Part shown: piece by piece, positions 46,070 to 55,093 of the stretch | Position numbering within the stretch: position 1 is the first letter of the stretch | How the letters are laid out: every line of letters begins with the position of its first letter | Virus record (IMG/VR): IMGVR_UViG_3300047160_007019 | Span: 12,994 to 76,993 of that record | DNA length: 64,000 bases | Origin: a virus | Taxonomy: Duplodnaviria > Caudoviricetes | Reading direction: 5' to 3' (one strand) | Made by a program: the position numbers and the translations under genes | Notes under the pieces: model-generated | Told to the model about the DNA's origin: nothing | The model's input: the letters and a program-made list of their open reading frames with translations, nothing else | Databases searched by the model: none

Positions 46070-47097
46070 ATGCCGTCCTCGGCCAACTGTTCCTCCAGCG
46101 ACTTCGGCTTGCGAGCCAGTGGTGCGGGAGCGCGAGCTGGGCCAGCCGAGCCGTTACCGCTGCGCCGTTCCAGCGTCGTGCGAATCCAGTTCCGCCAGGT
46201 CGCAAGCCAGTCGGCCTTGCGTGCCTTGGCCGTGGGTGCCGCAACCCAGTAATCTCGAAACCGCTCGGCCTCGCGCTTGGCGTCGTCGTCCGCCATCCCG
46301 AGTTTCACGGCCTCGGCCAGCCATTCCGGGCTGAGCTTCCAGTCGTCCGGCAGCCGGGAACCTTTCGGGTCCGGCTTGGGCGGTTCGAGCAGTTCGGCCT
46401 GGGGTGGTGCAGCGGTAGCTCCGGGTGGTCGACGTCGGCCGGTTGGGGGTTGGGAAACTCTCTCCCCCACACCCCCTCTCTCGTACTCGGAAAAAGCTTG
46501 AAGGGGGGGTAAAGCTTCTTCTTTTTGTTCTTGCTTATGCTTATGCTTATGCTCTTGCTCTTGGTTTGGCAGTCTGGTATCCAAACCCTTCTCAGACGGT
46601 TTCCGGACCCATATATCGAACTGTTCCAGGAACCGTGGTCCCAACTGTTCAACATGAGTTCTAAGTGCTTGCCAAGCTTGAACTTTTAGAATGCACTCCG
46701 GAATTTCCTCCCAATGGAAGCGCCAACCTGTCACAACATTTTGGTTTTCGGGGCGGTTGTAACGAAAACCTTGTGGTAACCAGACCAATCCGACGGTCCA
46801 ATCCGCGTTCGCCATACCCATGTCGAACAGTTCCTGGAACGATTCCCGGAATCCTTCTATAGACCATTCCAGGGACTCTGCAAAATCACGTTCACGGCCG
46901 ATCACCAATCCAGGCACAGATGATCTGCGGGGACAGGTTAGCAGGTACTGCCAAAGAGACTGCCCGTTGGGTTGTGGCTTGCTCAGAGCCTGGAACCCGG
47001 CGTCGGTCCACATGCGGTAGTAGACCTTGCCGTAGCGGCCTAGAGAGTCGCGGGGAGGGTTCTTCTGCTTGTCCTGATCCTTCGGCTTTCTAGCCAT
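46066..47097 (-). CDS. Phage replication initiator
   Basis: YGKVYYRMWTDAGF..LSKPQP N-terminus; KGSRLPDDW..FRDYW..DWLATWRNW C-terminus; next to dnaB. Confidence 0.75.
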   Translation of the reverse strand: MARKPKDQDKQKNPPRDSLGRYGKVYYRMWTDAGFQALSKPQPNGQSLWQYLLTCPRRSSVPGLVIGRERDFAESLEWSIEGFRESFQELFDMGMANADWTVGLVWLPQGFRYNRPENQNVVTGWRFHWEEIPECILKVQAWQALRTHVEQLGPRFLEQFDIWVRKPSEKGLDTRLPNQEQEHKHKHKQEQKEEALPPLQAFSEYERGGVGERVSQPPTGRRRPPGATAAPPQAELLEPPKPDPKGSRLPDDWKLSPEWLAEAVKLGMADDDAKREAERFRDYWVAAPTAKARKADWLATWRNWIRTTLERRSGNGSAGPARAPAPLARKPKSLEEQLAEDGM

Positions 47098-47332
47098 TGG
47101 CGTTCTCCGCCGGTTGTCCGCCGCGGGCAATCCTGAGTCGCTGTGTCTCGTAGGCGTCGGCTACTTCAGGATCGCGGAGGTTTTTCAGCTCGACGGCGAT
47201 TTGCCATAGGCGCACGGCCTTGTCGTCATCGGTACCGGCTGCGCCGTAGGCCAGGGCGGCTGCCATGACGGCACCACGGGCGCTTTCGAGACGGGATTGG
47301 CGAAGATTCAGGTTGAAACGAAGTAGTGCCAC
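47090..47332 (-). CDS. First leftward early gene, hypothetical
   Basis: GAGAGG RBS; GTG start. Confidence 0.5.
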   Translation of the reverse strand: MALLRFNLNLRQSRLESARGAVMAAALAYGAAGTDDDKAVRLWQIAVELKNLRDPEVADAYETQRLRIARGGQPAENANG

Positions 47333-47584
47333 GTTGGCTTACCTCTCAGACAGGTTGATGGGGCTTTCTCGGCCGCTTTGGGCGCGTCTGAGACGCCTAC
47401 TCACACTTTCAGGGCATGCCTGCCCACCGCGAAGCTGGAAGGAACTATGCGCCGCCTGGCTTGCGCTGGTCAAGCCGCTGAACCTTATGCGGGGTCCAAC
47501 CCCAAAGGGCACAGGGGCCGTGGCGCTGGGCGTGCAGGACGCACTGGTAGGGCGCCCATTGCCGACCTTCCGGACATGGTGCGG

Positions 47585-47683
47585 AATATGCGCCGTCCGA
47601 CGAGTGGCAGTCAATAGTGCGTTGCGGAATTTGACAACGGCGGTGATGGGCTTTAATGTGGAGTCGTTGCAACTTCTAGCAAC
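47585..47683. promoter_or_regulatory. Divergent early promoters with two palindromic operators
   Basis: Rightward TTGACA(47631)-17-TAATGT; leftward TTGACT-18-CATATT; operators at 47621-47638 and 47666-47683. Confidence 0.7.
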
Positions 47684-47724
47684 ACCCAGCGCCTCGTGGG
47701 TCTGAACTGTGGGCGGAGAACCAA

Positions 47725-47907
47725 ATGAACAAAGCCGTCTTCTGGTACCGCGAATACGTCGCCTGTGTCCGCCGCGCCAATACCGAGCGCAACGCGTTCG
47801 GAAAATCGCAGAACTCCATCTATCTGCGCAACTTGCGCGATTCTGCCAAGCGTGCGCGGCAGGCGTGGCTCAGTGCTGCGCTCCACGAGCGTCTCAACGT
47901 CGCCTAG
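47725..47907 (+). CDS. Hypothetical early protein
   Basis: RBS GGAGA. Confidence 0.55.
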   Translation: MNKAVFWYREYVACVRRANTERNAFGKSQNSIYLRNLRDSAKRARQAWLSAALHERLNVA

Positions 47908-47924
47908 AACAGGAGGGTTTGAAC

Positions 47925-48263
47925 ATGAGCGAGACGAAACACACGCCGGGGCCATGGAAGGCTGGCCGCTTCAATACCAATCCGGCAGCACCGATCCAGA
48001 TTTACGGCCCTGACCGTGACCCGATTGTCACCACTGCGCACTGCTACGGCGATCACGATGCTAACGCCGCCTTCATCGTCCGCGCCTGCAACAGCCACGA
48101 TGCGCTGGTGGCGGCGCTGGAGCACATCGTAGAGTCAATCGAGGATGCCAAGCATGTCCTCGGCAGCGACAGCCGCGAAGGCCGCACGCTGGACGCGATC
48201 ATGTCCTGCGGCGCGATGATCGAAGTCCGCGCCGCCCTCAAGCTGGCGCGCGGGGAGGGATAA
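47925..48263 (+). CDS. Conserved phage protein (HTPGPW family)
   Basis: MSETKHTPGPW..ANAAFIVRACNSHDALVAAL. Confidence 0.7.
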   Translation: MSETKHTPGPWKAGRFNTNPAAPIQIYGPDRDPIVTTAHCYGDHDANAAFIVRACNSHDALVAALEHIVESIEDAKHVLGSDSREGRTLDAIMSCGAMIEVRAALKLARGEG

Positions 48264-48285
48264 GGGATGCGTTCCACACAACCCA

Positions 48286-48483
48286 GTGTCCGCAATCCAA
48301 TGCTCGCGGTGCCCGAGGTCCGGGCGCACCGCGCTCAATCCGATTGAGCAGCAAGCGGCGCGGATGGGTGCGATGGCTTTGAAGCGCTGCCGCACCGAGA
48401 ACCTGGAGAGGCTGGCCCAGCGCTACAGCGATCAGTTGGAGTACCAGAACATCATGGCGGACCCGGAGCTGAACGCGCCATGA
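48286..48483 (+). CDS. Hypothetical protein
   Basis: Short ORF in the operon orientation. Confidence 0.4.
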   Translation: MSAIQCSRCPRSGRTALNPIEQQAARMGAMALKRCRTENLERLAQRYSDQLEYQNIMADPELNAP

Positions 48484-48553
48484 ACTTCATCGGCATCATC
48501 CGCATGTTGCAAAGCAGTACCATTTCCCACAACACAGATTAGAGGAGTTACTA

Positions 48554-49270
48554 ATGCAAACATGGGTCACAGATTCAAATGGTAATCGCTGCAGTATCGA
48601 GTATTTCGGCACCGAGGAATCAGCCCAGAAAGCGCTGGATAGCTTGGAGAACTGCAAAGATTGCATCAATTGCTCGGACTGCTCGGACTGCTCGGACTGC
48701 TCGGGCTGCTCGGACTGCTCGCGCTGCTCGGGCTGCTCGGACTGCTCGGACTGCTCGGACTGCTCGGACTGCTCGGACTGCTCGGACTGCTCGGACTGCT
48801 CGGACTGCTCGCGCTGCTCGGGCTGCTCGCGCTGCTCGGGCTGCTCGGGCTGCTCGGGCTGCTCGGACTGCTCGGGCTGCTCGGGCTGCACGGGCTGCTC
48901 GGGCTGCTCCAATGTGGCCAATCTCTACAATAAGAAAAACCTGAAAGGCGATCCGGACAGCGAGTGGACTGGTGCACCGCCCATCCCGATCATTCCCAAC
49001 ATCCACAATGTTATCTACGAGGCCGTCACGCAGCCTAACGCACTCGACATGCGGCAATGGCATTCGTGCGACACCACGCACTGCCGCGGCGGCTGGGTCG
49101 TAGCCAAGGCTGGAGACGCTGGCCGTGCTCTGGAGCGCTTCCACAACACATCCCTGGCGGCGCAGTTGATATACGAAGCCAGCGGTTACAAGATCAATCC
49201 TTGCCGTTTCTACGATTCCAACGAGGATGCACTGGCAGACATGAAGCGTTTGGCTGAAGGTGGCGCGTGA
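48554..49270 (+). CDS. CxxCxx repeat protein with WH-CxTTHC C-terminal domain
   Basis: RBS GAGGAG; 29 Cys at 3-residue spacing. Confidence 0.8.
   Translation: MQTWVTDSNGNRCSIEYFGTEESAQKALDSLENCKDCINCSDCSDCSDCSGCSDCSRCSGCSDCSDCSDCSDCSDCSDCSDCSDCSRCSGCSRCSGCSGCSGCSDCSGCSGCTGCSGCSNVANLYNKKNLKGDPDSEWTGAPPIPIIPNIHNVIYEAVTQPNALDMRQWHSCDTTHCRGGWVVAKAGDAGRALERFHNTSLAAQLIYEASGYKINPCRFYDSNEDALADMKRLAEGGA
48671..48913 (+). repeat. 27 tandem 9-bp units (consensus TGCTCGGAC; GGC and CGC variants)
   Basis: Read directly from the sequence. Confidence 0.97.
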
Positions 49271-49472
49271 TGCGCAGACAGAGCATAAACAGGCCCGTCA
49301 TTGGATCGCAGTACGTCGCGCCAGAAGCCCAAGTGGTATCTCTGGTGCTGCGCAATCGCAGCAGCGGAACACATTACCTGCATCCGCGCGTCCAGGACTT
49401 CACCACGGCCCAGCGCCAGGTAGCGCGGGAGCGCGGCATCCAGGCGTTGATCCGGCGCGTGGCGGGTGCGCC

Positions 49473-49748
49473 GTGAAACTGTGGGTGGAGGACTTCACCA
49501 GCGCCGCCCTGGCACACGCCGTCGGCGCAACGCTGAATGACCACTTTCCGGAACTAGTGCCTTGCGTGGTCGGCATCGTGCCGATCCCGCACTTGCGTGT
49601 CGTGCAAGTGGTGTTTCGGGTGCCGGATGAGCTCTACGCGAAGCTCAAACAGATGCGCAACCAGGGTGGCAGGCTGCAGGACGCGCATGGCGTGAGCCTG
49701 AGCGGTGGCGCCGACGGGACGGCTTTTTCGTTGGACACAAAGCCGTGA
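49473..49748 (+). CDS. Hypothetical protein (MKLWVEDF...)
   Basis: GTG start coupled to the upstream stop. Confidence 0.45.
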   Translation: MKLWVEDFTSAALAHAVGATLNDHFPELVPCVVGIVPIPHLRVVQVVFRVPDELYAKLKQMRNQGGRLQDAHGVSLSGGADGTAFSLDTKP

Positions 49749-49978
49749 GAAACCACGGCAACCGTCCCAGCACGGTGTTCTACACCTTGAATCGTCGCTT
49801 CCGGGTGGTGCGCCGGTTTGGCACCTACCAAGTACAGAGAAAGCGCAAGGTCGATCAGGGCAACAACCTCTGGCAGCCAGTGCACTCCTACCTTGGCAGC
49901 ACTCTGGCGGACGCTACCAAGTTTTGCGGAGAGCTGGGACTACCTTACGTTTTCAATCCGGAGATTGGCTGGCAGTGA
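49745..49978 (+). CDS. Hypothetical protein
   Basis: Coupled ORF. Confidence 0.45.
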   Translation: MRNHGNRPSTVFYTLNRRFRVVRRFGTYQVQRKRKVDQGNNLWQPVHSYLGSTLADATKFCGELGLPYVFNPEIGWQ

Positions 49979-50229
49979 GACGAGCGCGATATGACCAGAG
50001 AAAGGATGTGCGAATCTACTGCGCCCGCGGCTCCAAGCTCCCGCAAGCCAAGTTATCGGAAGACACTGCCAAGCAAATCCTCCTGCGTTACAAGCCGTTT
50101 TGCCGGGTCAACGGAGGGGCTGCTTTGGCAAAAGAATTCGGTGTTCATCCAAACACCATCATCAAACTCACACAGAGGGAATCATGGGCGCACGTAAACG
50201 TCCACCACAGCCGCAATCAAACGAAATAG
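49975..50229 (+). CDS. Small HTH protein resembling the C-terminal HTH of HNH endonucleases
   Basis: RGSKLPQAKLSED..AALAKEFGVHPNTI..RESW. Confidence 0.5.
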   Translation: MRRARYDQRKDVRIYCARGSKLPQAKLSEDTAKQILLRYKPFCRVNGGAALAKEFGVHPNTIIKLTQRESWAHVNVHHSRNQTK

Positions 50230-51620
50230 GCTACGAAGCGTTCCTCGCCTCCAAAGCTCAGCAGAACGCAGGCTCCGGTTTCGAGCCGATCTGGCTGCCC
50301 GACTTTCTGTTCGACTTCCAGAGGCACTTGGTCGACTACGCGATTCGCCAGGGTCGTGCTGCGATCTTCGCTGACTGCGGCTTGGGTAAGACTCCCATGG
50401 CGCTGGTCTGGGCGGAGAACGTCGTCCGCAAAACGAACAAACCCGTTCTGTTGTTGACGCCGCTAGCCGTAGGCCCGCAGATGCTGCGTAAGGCCGAATT
50501 CTTCGGCGTTGATGCCGCGCGCTCGCGCGACGGATCGTTCACTGGTAAACGAGTCATCATCACAAATTACCAGCAACTCCATCGCTTCAACCCGGATGAC
50601 TTCGGGGGAGCTGTAGGCGACGAGTCCAGCTGCATCAAGGATTTTGAGGCACGCACTACTGCAGGCGTCAAGGAATTCCTGCGGCGGCTGCCGTATCGCT
50701 TGCTGGATACCGCCACCGCAGCACCGAATGATTACACCGAACTTGGCACGACCAGCGAAGCTTTGGGCTATCTCGGGCACATGGACATGCTGTCTCAGTT
50801 CTTTAAGAACGATCAGGGAAACAGCATCAAAGCCATGCGCAGCCGCAGGTTCGAGCTGGGCGCTGGCCGAGATGAAGTTTCAAAATGGCGCTTCAAAGGC
50901 CACGCCGAGATCCCGTTCTGGCGGTGGGTATGCAGTTGGGCCCGTGCGATGCGCCGGCCATCTGACCTTGGTTTCAGCGACGAACGATTCAAGTTGCCAG
51001 AGCTGATCCAGCGAGAGCACCTTGCGGAAGCGCGTACATTGGCAGACGGAATGCTGTTCGCGCTCCCTGCTGTCGGACTCAAGGAACAGCGGGACGAGCG
51101 TAAACGTACCGTGCGCGAACGTTGCGAGCGTGCGGCTCAACTGTGTGAAGGACATGACTTGTCTGTGTCGTGGTGCCAACTCAACGCCGAGGGTGACTTG
51201 TTGGAAACACTCGTCTCAGGTTCGCGCCAGATCAAAGGCTCGCAAACCGACGAGGAACGCGAGGAACTTTATGAAGCGTTCTCTGCAGGTCAACTCAAGA
51301 AACTCGTCATCAAGGACAGCATCGGGGCTTTCGGATTGGACTGGCCCCATTGCGCTCACACGACACTTTTCCCTTCGCACAGCTATGAGCGGTATTACCA
51401 GGCGATCCGCCGCTTCTGGCGATTTGGGCAGACTCGGCCGGTGACGGTGGATATCGTCGGGACCGAAGGTGATGCGGGCGTCTTGAAGAACATGCTGCGC
51501 AAACAGGACAACGCCAACCGCATGTTCGATGCCCTCGTTCGTGAGATGCGCAACGCCCTAGCGGTTCGTCGCAACGAACATGACTACAACAAAGCAATGG
51601 AGATTCCAGCATGGCTGTGA
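50184..51620 (+). CDS. SNF2/SF2-like helicase
   Basis: FADCGLGKT, DESSCIK, TATAAPND, FGLDW, YYQAIRRFWRFGQ. Confidence 0.85.
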   Translation: MGARKRPPQPQSNEIGYEAFLASKAQQNAGSGFEPIWLPDFLFDFQRHLVDYAIRQGRAAIFADCGLGKTPMALVWAENVVRKTNKPVLLLTPLAVGPQMLRKAEFFGVDAARSRDGSFTGKRVIITNYQQLHRFNPDDFGGAVGDESSCIKDFEARTTAGVKEFLRRLPYRLLDTATAAPNDYTELGTTSEALGYLGHMDMLSQFFKNDQGNSIKAMRSRRFELGAGRDEVSKWRFKGHAEIPFWRWVCSWARAMRRPSDLGFSDERFKLPELIQREHLAEARTLADGMLFALPAVGLKEQRDERKRTVRERCERAAQLCEGHDLSVSWCQLNAEGDLLETLVSGSRQIKGSQTDEEREELYEAFSAGQLKKLVIKDSIGAFGLDWPHCAHTTLFPSHSYERYYQAIRRFWRFGQTRPVTVDIVGTEGDAGVLKNMLRKQDNANRMFDALVREMRNALAVRRNEHDYNKAMEIPAWL

Positions 51621-52609
51621 AAGATCAGGTGGTGACGGACCGTTTCGCTATCTACAATACGGATAGCTTGGACATGCTGCGCGGGATGCCATCGGGTAAA
51701 GTTGGCCTGTCCGTATATTCGCCTCCATTCGCCACCAGCACAGGCGCGCTCTATACCTATAGCAGCAGCGAACGTGACCTGTCGAATTCCGGAAGTTACA
51801 AACAATTTTTTCAACACTATCGGTTCTTCGTCCAAGAACTCGCCCGCGTGACCATGCCGGGCCGGATTAGCTGCGTACATTGCACGGACGTGCCGCTGAG
51901 TAATTCGGGCAAGGACGCGCTCCGGGACTTCCCTGGCGACATCATCAAGCTTCACAAACGGCTTGGATTCGATTATGCCGGCAGTCATTACATCTGGAAA
52001 GAGCCGCTGGCTGTGCGCAACAGGACGATGCAAAAGAACCTGGCGCACGCAACGATCGTTTCAGATTCGACGCTGGTGGGCGTGGCGTCTGCAGACCGGC
52101 TGCTGGTATTCCGTAACCGTGGGGATAATCCTGTTCCGGTGGCGCATCCGACGGGGCTCTACGATTACGCCGGCGAACGGCGTCCTCCCGCTGATCTTTT
52201 GCAATACCGCGGCTGGGCGGGAAAGCAGACAGAGAACCGCTGGTCGCATTGGATCTGGCGACAATACGCCAGCAGTTTTTGGGATGATATCCGGATTGAC
52301 CGGGTGTTACCGTTCCGCCAAGCTCGGGACTCCGAGGACGAGCGGCATGTACATCCTCTGCAACTGGACGTGATCCATCGCTGTGTTGTGCTTAGAAGCA
52401 ACCCAGGCGACATTGTGGTGACGCCTTTTATGGGTGTCGGCTCCGAAGTGTACGAAGCTGTGCGCCTCAAACGGTTCGGAGTCGGCGGAGAATTGAAGCC
52501 GAGTTATTTTCGGCAGGCCGTGAAGAACATGGCGCGCGTGGATGATCAGGAGGATGCCAACGAGGAACTGGACTTGGCTGCAGTTGATAAAGAAGAAACA
52601 GAAGATTGA
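51611..52609 (+). CDS. DNA methyltransferase (beta class, N4-C/N6-A)
   Basis: Motif IV SPPF near the N-terminus; motif I TPFMGVGS; HVHPLQLDVI. Confidence 0.85.
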   Translation: MAVKDQVVTDRFAIYNTDSLDMLRGMPSGKVGLSVYSPPFATSTGALYTYSSSERDLSNSGSYKQFFQHYRFFVQELARVTMPGRISCVHCTDVPLSNSGKDALRDFPGDIIKLHKRLGFDYAGSHYIWKEPLAVRNRTMQKNLAHATIVSDSTLVGVASADRLLVFRNRGDNPVPVAHPTGLYDYAGERRPPADLLQYRGWAGKQTENRWSHWIWRQYASSFWDDIRIDRVLPFRQARDSEDERHVHPLQLDVIHRCVVLRSNPGDIVVTPFMGVGSEVYEAVRLKRFGVGGELKPSYFRQAVKNMARVDDQEDANEELDLAAVDKEETED

Positions 52610-53131
52610 TGATGACCCTGTACATCCGCCCAATCACCTTGCGCCAGGCCCGCATCTTCGTCAGCAAGCTACATCGCCACAACGATCCACCACAAGGCCA
52701 CAAGTTCAGCATCGGCCTCAAGGACGAGGCCGGAAACCTGGTGGGCGTCGCCATAGTCGGTCGCCCTATCGCCAAGGCTTACGATTCGGGACAGGGGGGG
52801 GGTGACGGCAGAAATAAACCGCACTTGTACCGACGGCACACGCAACGCCAACAGCATGCTATACGGGGCCTGCGCCAGGGCTTGCAAGGCGATGGGATAC
52901 CTCCGGGTTATCACCTACACCCAGGCGGGTGAGAGCGGGGCCAGCCTGCGTGCGGCGGGCTTTGTGCGGGTCAAGGAACTGCCACCTCGGAAGAACTGGG
53001 CAGAGTCTACCAAGGCCAAGGAACTTAAAACGATGCGGGAACCTACCCAACACTTGTTTCCCGAACTGGACAAGAAGGATACCGGCGGCGTGGCCCGAGT
53101 TCTGTGGGAGATTCGCTTCAACGGAAACTGA
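52609..53131 (+). pseudogene. XF1762-family (possibly Mom/GNAT-like) gene frameshifted in a G9 tract
   Basis: N-half HRHNDPPQGHKFSIG..GVAIVGRP and C-half EINRTCTDGTRNANSMLYGA are in different frames; the switch is at G9 52794-52802. Confidence 0.8.
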
Positions 53132-53167
53132 CTGCGGCGGTGGGGCCTGCCGCCGCAGCCGTCCAAC

Positions 53168-53842
53168 TCAGAAGCCTTTGCCCCAACCCTTGCCGCTCTG
53201 TCCCTGCAACTGCGCCATCGCAGCCAGGGCCTCCACCTGACCCGCCGGCAGAGCGCCCCGGTCAATGCCGAGCGATCCAGACACTTTCTCCCAGTTGTCG
53301 CTGTACTCCCCCAACAGCTCCATCACCAGCCGGTCAGTTTCCAACTGGCTCTCGGCTTGGACGATGACAACGCGGGCGCTCTCCAACTGATTTTCCACCA
53401 GCTGCTCGACCATAGGCCCTTTGAGTCGACCGGCCAGGCGTTCCAGTCGGGCGATCTTCTCGCGGGCCTTCTTGATCCGCTCGTTCACGCCCTTGGTGTT
53501 CGCCTTCACGCGCTCACGCAAGTGGTCGATGATGTTGCCGTGGAAGTCCCGCTCGTCCGTGAGGACCGACATCAGCAGGACGATGACGCCCTGCTCCGCA
53601 AGATCCCGCGGGTTGCGCGGAACGTCCGTGCTGCCACTGGAGTCGAACCGTTGCCGCCGTTCCGGATCGGAAAGGACCTCGTAGGCCGCGTTGATTTCGG
53701 CCGCCAGGTCCTCGTCACCGCCTTCCCGGTCCGGGTGGGCATCGCTGATCCTCTTGCGGTAGGCTGTCTTGATGTCCTTGAGGGTGGCGTCCTTTGCCAC
53801 CCCCAGGACCTCGTAGGGCGTGCGTTGCTTCTTCGTGGCCAC
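53168..53842 (-). CDS. J-domain (DnaJ-like) protein with coiled-coil C-terminus
   Basis: PYEVLGV..IKTAYRK..AHPDREGG..INAAYEVLSDPERR. Confidence 0.88.
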   Translation of the reverse strand: MATKKQRTPYEVLGVAKDATLKDIKTAYRKRISDAHPDREGGDEDLAAEINAAYEVLSDPERRQRFDSSGSTDVPRNPRDLAEQGVIVLLMSVLTDERDFHGNIIDHLRERVKANTKGVNERIKKAREKIARLERLAGRLKGPMVEQLVENQLESARVVIVQAESQLETDRLVMELLGEYSDNWEKVSGSLGIDRGALPAGQVEALAAMAQLQGQSGKGWGKGF

Positions 53843-53857
53843 GGGACTACTCCATCA

Positions 53858-54601
53858 TCAGTGCGTGGTTTGGCTGCCGGGGCGTCGACGGCCGGGGCGC
53901 TGTGGCGGCTTCTGACCCTCCACCATCACCTCGCCGTGGGCGGTGGAAGGCGGCTGCTTCTTGCCGTTGGTAGAGATGACTCCGGCCTTCTCCAGGGCCT
54001 GAGCGCTTTCCTGGTGCGCCGCCGGCACGCCCGGCAAGACCTCTCCAGGGCCGGCGCTGGGCGGTTCTTCTTCCTTGCCCTCATCTTCCTCGTCCTCCGG
54101 ACCGCCCAGGCCCAACTCTGGCTGCTCGTCGGGGTCGCTGCGGCCGATGTGGGTTTCGCCGTTGATGGTCAGGTCGATTTCGTTCTTGAGGAGCTTGTTG
54201 ACGAAAGCCTGCTGGTTGCCGTCGGGGTAGACACGCAGGCGCATCCGCAGGCCCACGACCTTTCCGGCCTCGGGCTGGAAGGAAATGCAGTCGACGGTGC
54301 AGTCCTCGAATTCCCGGTTGGTGACCCCGTAGAGGATCGTGGCGGCGCAGGCCCGGCCTTCCGTATTGATCGGGAATCGGCCCATGTCCTCGTCGTGCAG
54401 CTCGCCCTTGTCGTTGTAGAGCGACGCCAGCTTGCGCTCGTAGCTCGCCTTGGAGCTGAACATGCCGACGGTGCGGCTGATGTGGACGTTGCCGGCGAGG
54501 CGGAATTCCTGGCCCAAGCGCCCCTCGGATTCCCCTTCCCTCTGCTGGTCGCGGAACGGCTTGGTCGACTTCACTTGCAATTTCAACTTGCTGCCTTTCA
54601 T
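53858..54601 (-). CDS. Hypothetical protein with acidic tail
   Basis: RBS AGGAG; co-oriented with the J-domain gene. Confidence 0.6.
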   Translation of the reverse strand: MKGSKLKLQVKSTKPFRDQQREGESEGRLGQEFRLAGNVHISRTVGMFSSKASYERKLASLYNDKGELHDEDMGRFPINTEGRACAATILYGVTNREFEDCTVDCISFQPEAGKVVGLRMRLRVYPDGNQQAFVNKLLKNEIDLTINGETHIGRSDPDEQPELGLGGPEDEEDEGKEEEPPSAGPGEVLPGVPAAHQESAQALEKAGVISTNGKKQPPSTAHGEVMVEGQKPPQRPGRRRPGSQTTH

Positions 54602-54638
54602 GCGCAATACTCCTGTTGGTGCGGCGGTAGGAGGCTTG

Positions 54639-54681
54639 ATCTTACGCCTTGTTGCAAAGACTGACAACGCTGGCGTATCCT
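54639..54681. promoter_or_regulatory. Overlapping divergent promoters with operator
   Basis: Leftward TTGTCA-17-TAAGAT; rightward TTGCAA-18-TATCCT; GTTGC-N8-ACAAC at 54651-54668. Confidence 0.65.
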
Positions 54682-54696
54682 TCCAGATAACCGACG

Positions 54697-55089
54697 ATGG
54701 AGGCGCAGATGTCCGATCCCTGGCTGGAACGCGCCGAAGGCATTGCAGACCAATACCTGATTGAAGCCGGGATTCCCGGAACCCCCGTTAACCTCATCAT
54801 GGCAGGAGAGCCCCTGATGCCCAAGTTCCGCACCATTACGATCAGCCTGCCGGCGGACGCACCGCACCAGGGCCTCCACCAGGCGGTGCAGGATTGGGCC
54901 ATTGGCTTGGGCTTGACCATGGCGTGCTCGCAATCTGCTGGTGGCTGGTTTGTGCGGGAGCGCACGCAGCTAACGCCAAAAGAGATTGTCGGGGCGACAG
55001 TCAGGCCGGAATTCATGCGGCGGACTGAAGCCGCGCCGCCGTTACCACTCACCGCTCTGGACGAACTGGACCTTGCAGGAGCCTTCTGA
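54697..55089 (+). CDS. Hypothetical protein
   Basis: ORF after the rightward promoter; true start probably ATG 54710 (RBS GGAGG). Confidence 0.5.
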   Translation: MEAQMSDPWLERAEGIADQYLIEAGIPGTPVNLIMAGEPLMPKFRTITISLPADAPHQGLHQAVQDWAIGLGLTMACSQSAGGWFVRERTQLTPKEIVGATVRPEFMRRTEAAPPLPLTALDELDLAGAF

Positions 55090-55093
55090 CCTC

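Noticed and set aside
46530-46640. Replication-origin iterons in the initiator gene
   Set aside because: Only a short GCATAA x3 coding repeat (KHKHK); no convincing iteron set.
48671-48913. CRISPR-like array
   Set aside because: Contiguous 9-bp units with no spacers and no cas genes.
48496-49144. EQP, ARA, LLG and SSP repeat ORFs in other frames
   Set aside because: By-products of the 9-bp repeat; only the Cys frame has an RBS and unique flanking domains.
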